Source of the DNA: Paragordius varius
Lineage: Eukaryota; Animalia; Nematomorpha
Assembly: GCA_964247055.1 (NCBI GenBank)
Contig: OZ176054.1
Span: forward strand, 11,594,001 to 11,658,000
Direction: 5' to 3'
Length of the DNA: 64,000 nucleotides
Made by a program: the position numbers and the translations under genes. Numbering within the stretch: position 1 is the stretch's first letter; every line of letters starts with the position of its first letter. The notes under the pieces are model-generated. The model had not been told where the DNA came from, did no database searches, and was given only the letters and a program-made list of their open reading frames with translations. This document shows, in pieces, positions 38,801-52,175 of this stretch.

Positions 38801-40861
38801 TTTTCACATTAATATAGATTTTATTAGATGACTATTAAAGATTTTTTTTATTTTGGACAGTCATGTTTTTGGTTGCTTAACACCGGGGAAACCTATCAAA
38901 CGTCGCACCACGAATTACAATAGGGTAAGCCAAAACACACGCTCAAACACGAGGAATAATTATGGTCTATTAACAAATGAAATCAATTATCCATTCGATT
39001 ATAGTATTGAGGAACCTTATTACCATAATTTGCATCCCGACAATGCTTGCGCTATTCGCTTCAAGAATCGTCAAATGATGGCCAAAGTATGTTTGTTTTG
39101 AAATCATAAGCGAAAAAAATAAATTTGCGGCAAAACCTAGGGTGGTGTGCTTTGGTTATTTCGATATGTAGTTTGTTTTATGACAAATTTGATTGATTTT
39201 ATATTTTATGAATATTTTTAAATATAGAGATTGAATATCATTTTTCGTTTCTAAATTAACTGAATAAGCATACTTATGATATACCAGGTATTGTTATAAG
39301 TCATAACCTAGAGTACGGGTGAGCGAAATGCGCACAGATTAATTAAACACAGACTATTTTGTTCATCTCAGATTAAACGATAACCCACAAGTTAAGTCCG
39401 ACAAAAACTAGCTTCCAAAATTTATCATTCAGTAATCTTGTCGATTGCGGCAAGCATTGCTCCTCTTTTTTTAATTAGCAGAAAAGGCGTTATTGTTTGC
39501 TGGTAGAAATGGTGAATAGCTCGATCGATTTAAACATGGACACTATGGTGTCAAATATTTAAAAATTGTGAAAGAGAGCGGGCGCTGTGGTAAGAGGTAT
39601 TGGATGATGACTTAACTCAACTCTTCGTCGTTAATGGGCACCCAAAAATCAATAGACACAGAAGATTAATGAGAAAGACCAATACACTTGATAAATCAGT
39701 TCCACACAATAATTTAAATCAACGTTCAAATTGAAATGGCAAATTAATTGTGAAATCTTGCTTTGGTGTCACGAAAAGATCTTTTGGCATCGAAATGTGA
39801 CGGTTAAACCATACATTAATAAAAAAACGACCGGAATGGGCCAGAGAGCTATATGACAATGCTCCCTTTGACACAGAAAAACAACCAGGGAAAGATGGAA
39901 CACTCTCTCACATCAGCACTTGAATAATTTCGAAGTCGTTAGTTGGAAGATTGCTTATAATGGATTGCAGGCTTTCTGGCATGCCATTTATATAGTACCT
40001 GAGAGATGGACAAAATGTGTAGAAGCCAACGGACAATATTTTTAATAAAATAAATAATTGATTTCCTTGTAAAATTACGAGTTATTATAAAACCGGTAAG
40101 ACTACACCTGCTATATATACATTAATTTATTTATTGTAGAATGGAGTCCATCGTAGTAATTGCGCCAGCTTAGTTTGCATTGAAAGTGGAAAATCATTTC
40201 CCGAACAAGAACAGGGTCAAGCACCAACAGGGACTATTTGTGATTTCAATATGGTATGCTAGGATCTTGTAAATCTATTTGCCTCTCATAAATATAATTA
40301 ATGTTTTGTAAAAGACAATCCTTTTATAAATCTTGAATTTTCATATTATATAATTATACAATTATAAAATATATAGTTCATTGTGTGACCAATTAACATC
40401 TCTAGCCCACACTTTGCAATTTAAAAAAAGTATAGAGGTCCTTTGAAAAAAAAATATTTATCTTTGTTCTTCTTTGTCTCTATAATTTCCATTTTTTCTG
40501 TGAGTAATTATTACAAAAATTATAAATTAAAAAACTCCTTTTGAAAATAAGAGATCATTTTAGCGCAATAATTGTAAAATATAAATAAATATATTGGCTC
40601 TGAATATGCGATTATTATACAATTAAATTTATTGTTATCCAAATCTTTATCCAAAAGTCAGCCAATAGATTTATGCGCTTTTTCAAAAATTACAGCTTTA
40701 TTTTCTCTATAACGTTTTAGTGGTGCTTTGATGGTATTTGTCAATCGACCCCAACAACCCACATGAATCGATCAGATCTTTTACGACCTCCAAAATCCGA
40801 TGAAGACACTTACAAAGTCTATCGTGTACCCATTCCAAATTATCGACGTTACCGCGGTTAA
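29967..40861 (+). CDS. secreted ADAMTS-like M12B (reprolysin) zinc metalloprotease without TSP1 repeats; the middle exons are incompletely resolved
   Basis: Hydrophobic N-terminus (29967-30180). Prodomain CYFVGHI..SLVYLDFC (31948-32144). Catalytic exons 33696-33847, 34481-34557, 36781-36883 and 37450-37567 give TVAHELGHNLGLPHD..LMAP..WSDCS. Cys-rich exons 38861-39087, 40140-40253 and 40721-40861 give CAIRF..CASLVC..GTICDFNMWCFDGIC. A stop follows at 40859-61. Splicing to 41080 is an alternative end. Confidence 0.82.
30198..30608. mobile_element. Tc1/mariner-type palindromic MITE (411 bp)
   Basis: TA|CAGTATGCATTTTAATGGTTG ... CAACCATTAAAATGCATACTG|TA. The inverted arms continue almost to the centre. 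Confidence 0.85.
31528..31810. mobile_element. hAT (Buster-like) MITE
   Basis: CAGGGGGTGTCAAC...GTTGGCCTGCCCCTA with GGCCCGC subterminal motifs. The 8-bp flanks match at 6/8 positions. Confidence 0.6.
35089..35279. mobile_element. small hAT-like MITE
   Basis: 15-bp TIR CAGGGCTTTGAACCG / CGGTTCAAAGCCTTG (1 mismatch) and internal GAACCG repeats. No clear TSD. Confidence 0.55.
37918..38168. mobile_element. MITE of the 17881 family
   Basis: Ends are catttaca...tgtaaatggtata, with inverted ~20-bp subrepeat arrays. Confidence 0.62.
39281..40112 (+). mobile_element. decayed mariner transposon remnant in a metalloprotease intron
   Basis: Residual peptides KKRPEWA..LYDNAP (~39823-67) and PERWTKCVEANGQYF* (39998-40045) match the mariner transposase C-terminus. 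Weak TA-CAGGT-type ends. Confidence 0.72.
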
Positions 40862-41286
40862 ATTACAAAAAACTACAAAATAAAATCTGTGATTGTAAAG
40901 GAATATTATAGCTAAATGAGCATATACATAATCATAAAGCTTTTATACTATTCCAACTCTTCTATACTACCTCAACATTTTTACATATCATTATTATATT
41001 ACACACATAATTTTATATGTTTCATATGGATTGTTTAATAAATATCTCTTTTTATACATTGTTTCACCATTTATTTTAGGGGCTGACTTGGAGACTTTAT
41101 ATATCGATTTCCAAAAATGGCTGCCTTTTTTAAACTCAAAAGGTATTGGTATTTCCTAATTTTTTCCTGTTTGAAGCCTGGTTGATTTTTTTAAGTTAAG
41201 GTATTATTTATGGGAACGCTAATTTCCGAAATATGATCTACCATTTTTATTGTTATTAGATCCGCATTTTTACTAATTCTGCTTAA

Positions 41287-41851
41287 CACATGGATACAAC
41301 ACACTCATTTTAGTCCGATTCAAATTGGGGTAGTTGGATACCCTAGGCCTGTTTAAAATCAAATACTTTAAAAAGTATGAAAGCAATCGAAACCATGGCA
41401 AAATTTAGCACTTATATAACATTAATAAACCGAAATATATAAAAATTTTATTCAATACTTGATATTACTAATTTTGAGCTATGAAAGGTAAAAATTTAGT
41501 CAACGTGACATGTGTCAAATTGTAAAATTAAAAAATAATATAAAATAAACCGCTTTTTCTATTCTATCAATGTTAGATGTAATTTATATAAAAATGCTTT
41601 AGTTTTACCCTTAAAATAAAATGAAGACGATATTTTGCAAAATTTTTGTAAAATAACAATGGCTTCGAAGTAGTTTGAAATGGAACTTTTTTCAAAACAA
41701 AATTTTATCAAAATATTTTGGCATATCTATATAATATTTATCAGGATAGAAGCATAATTTTAAATTGAAACCGTTTCCTTCAGTAGTTTTTTAAAAATTT
41801 TAATTTAAATTTAGTCAGGGGTATTTAGATACCCCAATTTGAATCGAAGTG
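41287..41851 (-). mobile_element. piggyBac-like MITE family A copy (565 bp)
   Basis: TTAA on both sides. Reverse complement of the 2649 copy. Confidence 0.88.
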
Positions 41852-43189
41852 TTAATTTAAAAAAGGACCTACAAATATGGCCATTTCATCGTAATCAATA
41901 ACTGTAGCAGGATTCAGTTTAAATAAAAATATACGAATGTTATTAAAACTTCCTTACGTCTGTTGGTTTATCCTCGAAAGCGCAATTATTATATATCAAA
42001 CTTTTTGTCGCCAAATATTTTTCAATCTGGTAAAATGGCTTATAATAGAAATGTAACAATATCATGATGTATATATAAATGAATGTCAGCTTAGATTCAA
42101 CTGTTAGATTTCAAAGACAAGTTTTTTGAGGCTGGTCTGCCTAAGAATACATTGATCAGGTTAAAGAATCGAAGGTTGATATCCTTTATTAATTGTTGTG
42201 TCCGTCATTTGTTATATCTCTTGTCTTACCCTCTACGAGGCCCAGCATATTTTTATTTCCGGTGTATTATTCTATGTGACGTGACATAAATAGCCTAGTC
42301 TGCGCTTTATTAATATATTAAACAGTGTAATCACGGATTTTATCATTTTGCGAGTACTTCATTAGAAAGTTGTGTCCATATTCTATAGTGTGGCAGATGC
42401 CAGCAAGTCTGCAGACAACCTTGTATATAAGAACCTCTCAAAAAAATATTGATTTGATAATTAATTGATTTTTATAATTTTCTGATGTGGATATTTATGA
42501 TAACCGTTCGATATCTACTTATTATCGTATTTTATTAATATATACATAACATGTGAATAAATATATCATAATATACACATATATAATAATATATATTCAA
42601 ATAAACGGATATAAATATACAAGTGTTAAGATTTTGGTGTAATTTTTACATAAAGAATGATTTTGGAATTTAGCAAACGAAATAAAAACTAATTTAAAAT
42701 TAAATTACATCATATATAAATATGAAATATGTTTAAAATTAATTAATTAATTGGCTATGTACCATGATTTTTAAAATGATGGGATTATTTCAATTTTGAT
42801 TTTCATACTGAAATGAATGTATGTGCTACTGTAAATTTTCATTTTTTACACACATTAAGGATAAATGCCCGTTAATTTTTGGAATATATTGAGAACAAAT
42901 TTGTAATTGGAAAATAAAAATTTGTAATTTGAAAATAAAAATTTGGATAATTTTTTGGTTATAACAACAAATAAAAGGTTGCATATATTTTTTTGGTATA
43001 TTGAATTCAAAATTTAAAAATCATTAGATTTAATAAATATTATGGAAATTTTGTCGTTATCTTCCTTCAAAGGAAAAAAAATAGGATAGGGTTTAAAATC
43101 TTTTAAATGAGCATATAAATATATAAGAGATGCTTTGGAAAAAAAAGTAAAATTTTCAATTTTCAAAGCAGGCAGACAGGCAGGCGCGC

Positions 43190-46100
43190 TCACAAAATTT
43201 TGCAATAGCGTTTTTTGTTTTGTTTAGCAACTTTTTCCGGGTGTTTTCGATTAATTTGACGGACCAAATCGTAAAAAATCTATATAAAAAATATAACAAT
43301 TTATCAACAATAGTTTATAACCTGTTGGGGTAGCTTTATACCCAAAAATGATTTAAAAGTTTTTCAAAAATTAAAGTATTAAGCCAAATTATGCTTTATT
43401 TAGCCTTTAAGGCACATGGTTTAAATTGTTTTATTAAAAGAAATGTAAAGGTGCAAAAAATCCTCATCTCAATCTTTTTCGCCGCCATTTTTTTCTTTGG
43501 AATTTTTTTAAAACAGGCATATAAATGATTATATGGTTAAAAATGTATAAGTAAACTTTAAAAAGCTTTCAAATTGTATTTTATTAGCATCTTGTTATTT
43601 ATTGATTTTAAAATCGGCAACTAAAAATTATAAACTAATAATAGATAACAATGTTTTATAATTAAATTTCAACCAAAACATTTCAGCTGTAGTTTATGTA
43701 CAATTATATGTACTGGGGTACTAAAATACCCCAAATTGTATTAGTTTACAAAAAACGAAAGGGTAAGAAAGTTTTTATAAAAAAGAGTATTGTGCATATA
43801 TAAAACAGAAAAACAAAAATTATTACATTTATATAACACAAAGAAGAGCTTAAATTTAAATAATTACAGGGGCAAGAATAACGAAGTATTTGAAGTTTGA
43901 ATTTAAACTCCTACAAAATATTTGGGGTCAGACGAAAAAATTATGGCCATAATTTAACACAAGTCATTAAACAAAGTTTTGATTTTAATATTTTTACTGA
44001 TTTTTATTTTTTCTTAAGCAACACACATTTTCTAGGTATATTAATATTTAAAATAAAATAATTTTTTGAGCAAATCCTATATCAAACTGAACAAATTTTT
44101 TTGGGTTTTAAAACTTGCAAATAACATAATGAACTAGAAAGGTGTAACCCAGATTCTATATATATATATATATTTAATAAAAAGACGAGTCAGTCACTTT
44201 ATAACACTATCGTAAACAAAGTAACTTAAAAAAACTTAATTCCTTTTTAATGCACTATTATTGTAAGAGATTATGGAAATAAGCATCACATTTAATTTTC
44301 ACAAAATAAATCATTTTAAATACTTTCCTAATCATAATACCAATTTTTTTTATAAATTTTCACCTTAACTAATTTGAATATTCAAAAAAACCTGGCAAAA
44401 TAGCTGATCACTAAAAAAATCCATAAAATCTTCAGAATTCCTACAATGTATTTATATCTATTCCCTAAAAATCATATAAATTCACAAATGTACTTACATC
44501 ATTAACGTGTAATTTGTTTTTTGCCGAACTTTCCAAAAACATGCAACCAAATCGTTTGGCTAACGCTTCGCCTTGTTCACGTGATACGACGCGTTCATCC
44601 TCGAGGTCACACTTATTACCAACTAGGATCATAGGGACCTGCGTATATTTAATAATATGTATATATATTCGTCTCTAAAAGTTCTTTTATTTTAAATTAT
44701 GTAAAAAATACTAATTATATTTGAATCTATAGAGTAAATTAAAGAGACAAGATCAACGATACAAACAAAAATGCTATATTTAGTTATCCAATAGTACCGG
44801 ATAAATCTTCATATAAAATACCCACAAATGATAACCATCAATTTATATCTCTAAATTATTTATCACAAATCAATCAACCTATATATGATCATTAAGTAAA
44901 TTTTTGGTTTTAAGTGCAATTTTTTGGTTAGCCAGTTTTTTTCTTGCCATTAAAATTCTTTCATTTACGAAAATTCCATAATTAAGATTTAAAAGATATC
45001 AAAGTGGTAATATCAAATTTATAATTAATCGCGTAATGTCTTTTACTGAATTTTAAAGTATAAAATTTGAATATTTCAAAATTTACATCTTAAATTCACC
45101 CTGAAACATTTAAAACTCACCCTAAAAAATAACTATTTTTTGAGCCTTACAAATCATCATATTTGATGCTAAATATTTGTTTTTGGTATATTTAACTTTT
45201 TCCCGTTTATCCTACCCTTATAATATAGATAATTTTATAATATTTAAAAAATGAAATTGTTTAATAACAAACTAAACTAAAAAAATTGATAAACTTTGCC
45301 ATAAACAAATATTTTATATCAATAATTAGTGATTTAACCCAGCAATACATATCAATTTTTTGAGAGAATTCTAAATGTTGGGGCTGAATTAGAAATGCTC
45401 AAGGGTAATTTTCATGTATTCAAGAGTAAAAATAGTGTTTAAGGGTAAATTTAAAGTACCCAAATAAATTAAAATATGTCAAATTTAAAGTGTTAAGGGT
45501 CAAATTTAAAGTGTTCAATTTACAATCAATCAATAGGATAATTAAATTATATGATACATCATCCGTGTCCTTAACGCGTTGAATTTGATCCTTTAAATCA
45601 TCCAAATCATTGAAGGTTGATTGGGCCGTCACTGAGTAAACTAGGAGGAAACCTTGTCCATTTTTCATGTAAAGATCTCGCATAGCTGTGAATTGTTCCG
45701 TACCAGCTGTATCAAGTATTTCTAGCATACATTGTTGCCCATCAACCTCAACTTGTTTGCGGTAACTGTCCTCGATGGTTGGATCATACTTATCAACGAA
45801 TATGCCTTGTACAAATTGTACTGTCTATAATATAATATATTGAAAGTTTTGGAGGGAAATTTTAAAGTTGGTGGGTACAAATTTATTAAAAAGTCTAATC
45901 GTCTTTAAAATGTGAAAGTGAAAGAAAAATATTTTTAACTTATTAACGAATTTACCTTGTAAGAATTGTACTGTCTGTAAATTTTGATATAAAGGGAAAT
46001 ATAGGATAATTAGTTTATTTTGAAGTTCAAAATGACGGAAATTTTTTCATTATTTATCGGGATTAATTTTGTACTTAAGGTAACGTTTGAGAAATTATAT

Positions 46101-47775
46101 TTAACACATTCACGATAGCCAATTCACATTATTGTTTGACCAACGGGTAACTTAGTAGTGTATGGGTAAAAACAACAAAATGTCAAAATCAAACAAGTTT
46201 TTCCTATTGCTTATTTAATTATGGTTAAAATTTGTTTTATAACACACGCTACTGTGGTACCAATTGGCAAACAATAGGTGAATAAGTTGTGCTACTGATT
46301 GGTTTATAGGCATATTGGGATTCCTGTATGCTACTGATTAATCTCAGTTGTAATTCAAAAATGGATTTAAAAAAAATTTAAAGAACAATGAGTCTTCCTT
46401 AAACTTATAATAAATGGGGATGATACAACAACGTACATGATTGGATAATTAAATCTATAGAAATGATGTACTACAAAAAACAACAAACTGCATCAGATTA
46501 AGACTAGGCAACACAGCTTTTGTTCCAAACAAATCTGGTCTTTATCAAGACTCCATCCTAAGCCCTCTACTTTTCATTTTAATAATGGATTACCTAACAA
46601 AAGATATAAAACAAGGCCTACCATGGGAACTTATCTATGCGGACGATATTGTCCTCACCGCAACATCAATGGAAGCATTAAATCAAAAGTACAACACCCC
46701 AATAATTCAAATTCGTATTTACATCAACTGTACCAAATTGAACCTTTAAATGTCATGCTCAGAAAAAATAGGCTTAGATATTTATGCGGACACATCAAAC
46801 GTGCTCCAGAACAATGGACAAATAAAATTTTATCCCTACATCCTGAAGGCAACAATCGCAGGGTGGGAAAAAACAATAAATAATGATTTAAGGGTTGCCA
46901 ACAATTCCAAGTTAATGATTAAAAGTTTTGAAATCTATAAAAAAGTGTAAAATAATTCTTAATTCCTTAAGTTTTGAAAATTTACATATTAAAACAAATA
47001 TGTTGTTACTGAAATAAAAGTTGGACGAAAATTTATATATGGTGAATATATAAATATATATCACTATTAAAAATACAGTTTTTTATGGTATTTGTTCTAA
47101 TAATTAGTGGTTATTTTGACATTACAAATAGATAATTAAATAATCAATGATAAAGTTCAATAATATAATTCTGGTTTCCTAATTTCTATGTTTTAACATA
47201 TCTTGCAACATTGGAAAAAAGAGATATTGGAAATACAACATATTATATACAATCATAAATTAATTAGAATTAATTAACAATTCCTTTTGTTTTGTTGTTT
47301 CTTTTGGAAAACAAACATGACTAATAATATTTTGACACTACTAAAGTTATTTAGGTAGATGACTAAAAAAGGCTTAACATATTATGGATATATAAATTAT
47401 ATATATATATTATGCTAAGCTAAAGTTTGAAAATAAATTAAGATATAAAGTACAATTACAATTTTGCCCAAAATCCCAAGAGAATTAAATGATAATGAGA
47501 TTAGCAAAAAAAATTACATATTTTAAAATATTAAAAAAAGATTAAAAGATGATGGAAAAAATCCACTCCTTAACAATTAAAATATTATAGGATATTAAAG
47601 ATTAAAGGTTTGTAATATTATGAAAAAAAAAATAAAAGATACTTTTGAACGATAAAGGTATATATATAATAATAAAAATAATTTTATATTTAACAAAAAA
47701 TATTTTAAATAAACATACTAAAGCTGATTTGCCAACGCCTCCGCTTCCCAAAACGACAAGCTTATATTCTCGCAT
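43190..47775 (-). CDS. RAP1: Ras-related protein Rap1 (184 aa, 4 exons)
   Basis: Exons 47775-47719, 45824-45558, 44638-44498 and 43279-43190. The protein reads [97 protein letters not shown], ending in a CAAX box. Confidence 0.97.
46440..46920 (+). mobile_element. truncated RTE-type non-LTR retrotransposon fragment in Rap1 intron 1
   Basis: [32 protein letters not shown] (YADD at 46636), then [14 protein letters not shown], typical of the RTE C-terminal region. Internally deleted. Confidence 0.8.
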
Positions 47776-48098
47776 CCAAATGACAAAAAAATTGTGTAAA
47801 AAAGCGTCACAACAGATGTTACAATAATATAGGAAAAAAAATTTCGGAAACGGAAAGTTATTTAACAATTATGTCGAGCGACATACGTTTAAATTAATGA
47901 AATTTTTATGTCATAATAAATATTCGCTAAAAATATCCTGATAATAATGTATTGAGATTATCATGATGGTTTAATTTGTGCCTTAAGAGTGATATAAGAA
48001 AGTTATTACCACCTTTGTAGTAATTGACTCATATCAGAAAATGACAGAATTTGTCGATATTTTGCTAAAAAAAATTGACGCAATCCAAATGCATTTAA

Positions 48099-48634
48099 CA
48101 CTTCGATACAACACATTCATTTCAGTCCTTCGATTGATATTGAGGTAGTTAGGTACCCCTGGTGTGTTAAATTAAATATCTTAAAAAAGGAATGAATTGA
48201 AACCATGGCTAAAATTTGCACATTTTAAACATTAATGAACCGAAATATATCAAAAATTTCATTTAAAAATACTTGATATTGGTTTTTAGGTAAAACCTCA
48301 AGGTAAAATTTTAGTCCATATGAAAAGTGTTCATTACCTTAATTTAAAAATAATAGATAATAAACCACTTTTTCTGTTTCTATCAATATTGGATGTGGTT
48401 TTGTATTAGCTTTTTAGCTTGAAAATCAAATAAACATGTATTTTGCAAAAATGTTGTAAATTAAGGAGGTCGAAGTAGTAACTCAATTATATTTAGATAT
48501 TTCGGATTATTTATATAATTTCTATTAGGATAGAAGCATACATTTAATTTAGGACCGTTTCTTTCTGGATTTTTTTAAATTTTCAGCTTAGATATAGCCT
48601 GGGGTATTTAGATACCCAAATTTGAATCGAAATG
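48099..48634 (-). mobile_element. piggyBac-like MITE family A, diverged copy
   Basis: TTAA-flanked, with the same body but more substitutions. Confidence 0.8.
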
Positions 48635-49054
48635 TTAAAAACTAATATTATAAAAATATAACAAAGCAATCTTCAAAATTCAAAATTTTGGATGGTTCCC
48701 GAAAGTCGCCATTTAATATGAACAATTATAAACTAAACTTAAAAATGCCGATATTTCGCTCGAAAGATTTTATTTATCGAAAAATATTTTCCGAAAAATA
48801 GGGTATTTCTCTTAAATATTTAATTTAAAATAGTTTGGTGAAGCGAGTAAAAATTTTAAGTATGGTGAAAACGGTACGAAAATACTTTATAAAAAGAAAT
48901 TTACTGTATAATTTTATGCTATTCGATTGATTAAACTTTTTGAACTTCAAATCAATCATTTTTGCAACTTATTTATGTCGACAAACAAAGCCAAAGATTT
49001 TACTAATATTTCATCGGGATATTAATAGTAATCCCTGATTTTAAGCGCAGATTA

Positions 49055-50716
49055 TACCGCAGTGTCTACAAAAATATCCTGATGAAATTATATTCTAGTA
49101 GAAAAATGTATCAGGATTATAAGGTGCCTTAGGCCTTTTTCAATATTATTAACACTTTAGTGGTAGGAGCTCTATAATGACTTAATTTGCGCATATTTTA
49201 ATAACATTTTTTTTGGTGAAAGATAAATGCCTTCCAGAATATCCAAATATATTATAAACTACATAAAAAGCAAAGAAATATTTAAAAAAATTAATTTTTA
49301 GATGTGAGTCCCAAATTTTTTCGTTTAACACGAGGATACAACACATTTATTTTAGTCCTTCGATTCAAATGTTTAAAAGTAAATTCTTTAAAAAATATGG
49401 GAGGAATTAAAACCATGGCAAAATTTTGCACTTCTATAACATGAAATCGAAATATATAAAAAAATTATTTAAAAATGCTTGATATTATATATTTTAAGCT
49501 AAAACCGAAAGGTAAAAATTTAGTCAACGTGACATGTGTGCAATGCTAAAACTGAAAAATAGTACAAAATAACCCGCTTTTCTGTTTCTATCAATGTTAG
49601 ATGTATTTAAATAAAAAATTAGCTTTAATTTTACCTTTAAAATTAAATAAACACTATATTTTGCAAAAATTTTGTTAAATAAAAATGGCGTCGAAGTAGT
49701 TTGACATGGAACTTTTTTTTCAAAATTAAATTTTAATTAGGTATTTTTACTTATTTATATAATTTTTATCAGGATAGAAGCATACATTTAAATTGGGACC
49801 GTTTCCTAGTAGTTTTTTAAAAATATTAATTTAAATTTAGTTTGGGGTATTTAGATACCCCAATTTGAATCGAAGTGTTAAATGTGCTTGTTCTGTTAAA
49901 ATAAAGGCAATAATGCGCATTGGACCATAATCTAAATATATGCTTAATTGTTAATAATAAATATTAAAAATGCATACTTGTTTCAAAAATTGATTTTTGG
50001 CAAAGTTTTCTTGAACCGTTTATACTATTTTGAGGATTGATGAAAACGTAAAAGCGCTTATAGATATTGAAACACTTTTTCTTAATTCGATGATGCCGAA
50101 CATTTCTATCACCTCTAAATTTTATTTAAAGGTTCGTTTTCTTTCTTATTTTAGCTAATTTTTGTAAAATGCTCAATATGACTGCATTAATCATTCTGAG
50201 GTGATAGAAATGTTCAGCATCATTGAATAAAAAGAAAAAGTGTTTTTGTGATATTTTAAAGCTTTTTTAAACCGTTTCCATCATGACTCAGAATAGTAGG
50301 CACTTGAAGGTAATTTTATGAATTATTTTTTTTTTAAATATCCATTTTTTAAAAAATTATTTTAGTTGATATCAAAATTTAGCATATTTAGATATTACCC
50401 CACATCTCGGCTTTTGTAAAGAGAAACAACCCATTTTAGAAGAATGAAAAAATTTTGGACTTGCGGAGCCCACATAAAAAATTATTTTAAAGTTATGCTC
50501 TGCTTTTCAAATGTATAAAATATTTTAGTAATGTTTTTTGAATAAAGCCTCTACCCAAAAAATTTTATTTAAAAAAGTATGCCCAAATTTTTCTATTTTT
50601 TATGGAGCAATTACCACAAAAGTATAAATAAAAGGTCCGAAACCAAAACACCATGATAATGCTGATATATTTTCCTATCAAAATATATATATTTCATCAG
50701 TTTATTTTTTATGGTG
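49055..50716. mobile_element. foldback element (family of 6899) interrupted by a family-A MITE
   Basis: cctgatgaaa..atcaggattat on the left mirrors ataatgctgat..tttcatcag on the right. The central hairpin is gatgccgaacatttctatcacctc / gaggtgatagaaatgttcagcatc. Ends are approximate. Confidence 0.68.
49329..49877 (-). mobile_element. piggyBac-like MITE family A copy nested in the foldback
   Basis: TTAA-flanked, with a short deletion of one GGGGTA..TACCCC palindrome. Confidence 0.85.
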
Positions 50717-51084
50717 TTATTAAAATTGTAAAAGAATTCTTGTCAACTTTTTCGCCAACATTATTTTCTATTAATTTCTTTTCTTTATTCATAGGCAAAT
50801 AAATCTATATATGCAAATGTAAATTTTTAAAAAGTTTTTAATATATATTTTACCATTAATAACTTGACATACTTTGATTTAAATATCAGCTGTTCGTTTC
50901 AATCGTGTTTTGGAGCTGTCCCGATTTTTGACTCCAGTAGGAAAAAAAATATAATCTTTTTTAAATTCATCAGAAAAATGTTAATTAATTTTTAATTAAC
51001 ACTTCGATTAAGATTGGGGTATCTAAATACCCCAGACTAAATTTGAGTTAGGATATTTTAACGAAGGAAACGGTCCCAATTTAA

Positions 51085-51440
51085 CACTTGGATACAACAC
51101 ATTCATTTTAGTCCTTCGATTAAAATTGGGGTAGTTAAATACCCCAGGCCTGTGTAAAATAAAATATTTTAAAAAATATGGGAGGAATCAAAACCATGGC
51201 AAAATTTTGCACTTCTATTACATCAAACCGAAATATATAAAAAAATTATTTAAAAATGCTTGATATTATTTATTTTAAGCTAAAACCGAAAGGTAAAAAT
51301 TTAGTCAACGTGACATGTGTGCAATGGTAATATTGAAATATATTACAAAAAAATTGGGACCGTTTCCTTCAGTAGTTTTTTAAAAATTCTAACTCAAATT
51401 TAGTCTGGGGTATTTAGATACCCCAATTTGAATCGAAGTG
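51085..51440 (-). mobile_element. nested family-A MITE (internally deleted, 356 bp)
   Basis: TTAA at 51081-84 and 51441-44. Both ends are intact. Confidence 0.88.
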
Positions 51441-51595
51441 TTAAATTTATGCTGCTATACTAATAAAAATTATATAAATATGCCAAAATATCTAAGATAA
51501 AATTTTGTTTTGAAAAAAAGTTTTATGTCAAACTACTTCGACGCCATTTTTATTTTATAAAATATTTGCAAAATGTCCTCTTCATTTAGTATTAA

Positions 51596-52175
51596 CACTT
51601 CGATTCAAATTGGGGTATCAAAATACCCCAGACAAAATTTGAATTAGGAAATTTAAAAAACTACTGAAGGAAACGGTCCCAATTTAAATTTATGCTTCCA
51701 TCCTAATAAAATTTATAAATATATGCCAAAATATCTGAATAAAATTTTTTTTGAAAAAAAAGTTCCATCTCAAACTACTTGGAAGCCATTTTTATTTTAC
51801 AAAATTTTCGCTAAATATCGTCTGTAATTAATTTTAAGGGTAAAATTAATGCTAATTTTTTTTTTAAATTACAAATTACATTGATAGAAATAGAAAAAGC
51901 GGTTTGATTTGCATTATTTTTCAATATTACCATTGCATACATGTCACGTTGACTAAATTTTATATTTGGGTTTTAGCTTAAAATAAGTAATATCAAGTAT
52001 TTTTGAATAAAATCTTTTACATATTTCGTTTTATTAATGTTATTTAAGTGCAAAATTTTGCCATGGTTTCGATTATTTCAATATTTTTAAAAGAATTTAA
52101 TTTTATACAGGCCTGGGGTATTTAACTACCCCAATTTAAATCGAAGGACTAAAATGAATTTGTTGTATCCAAGTG
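51596..52175 (+). mobile_element. nested family-A MITE (580 bp)
   Basis: TTAA at 51592-95 and 52176-79. Full length. Confidence 0.88.
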
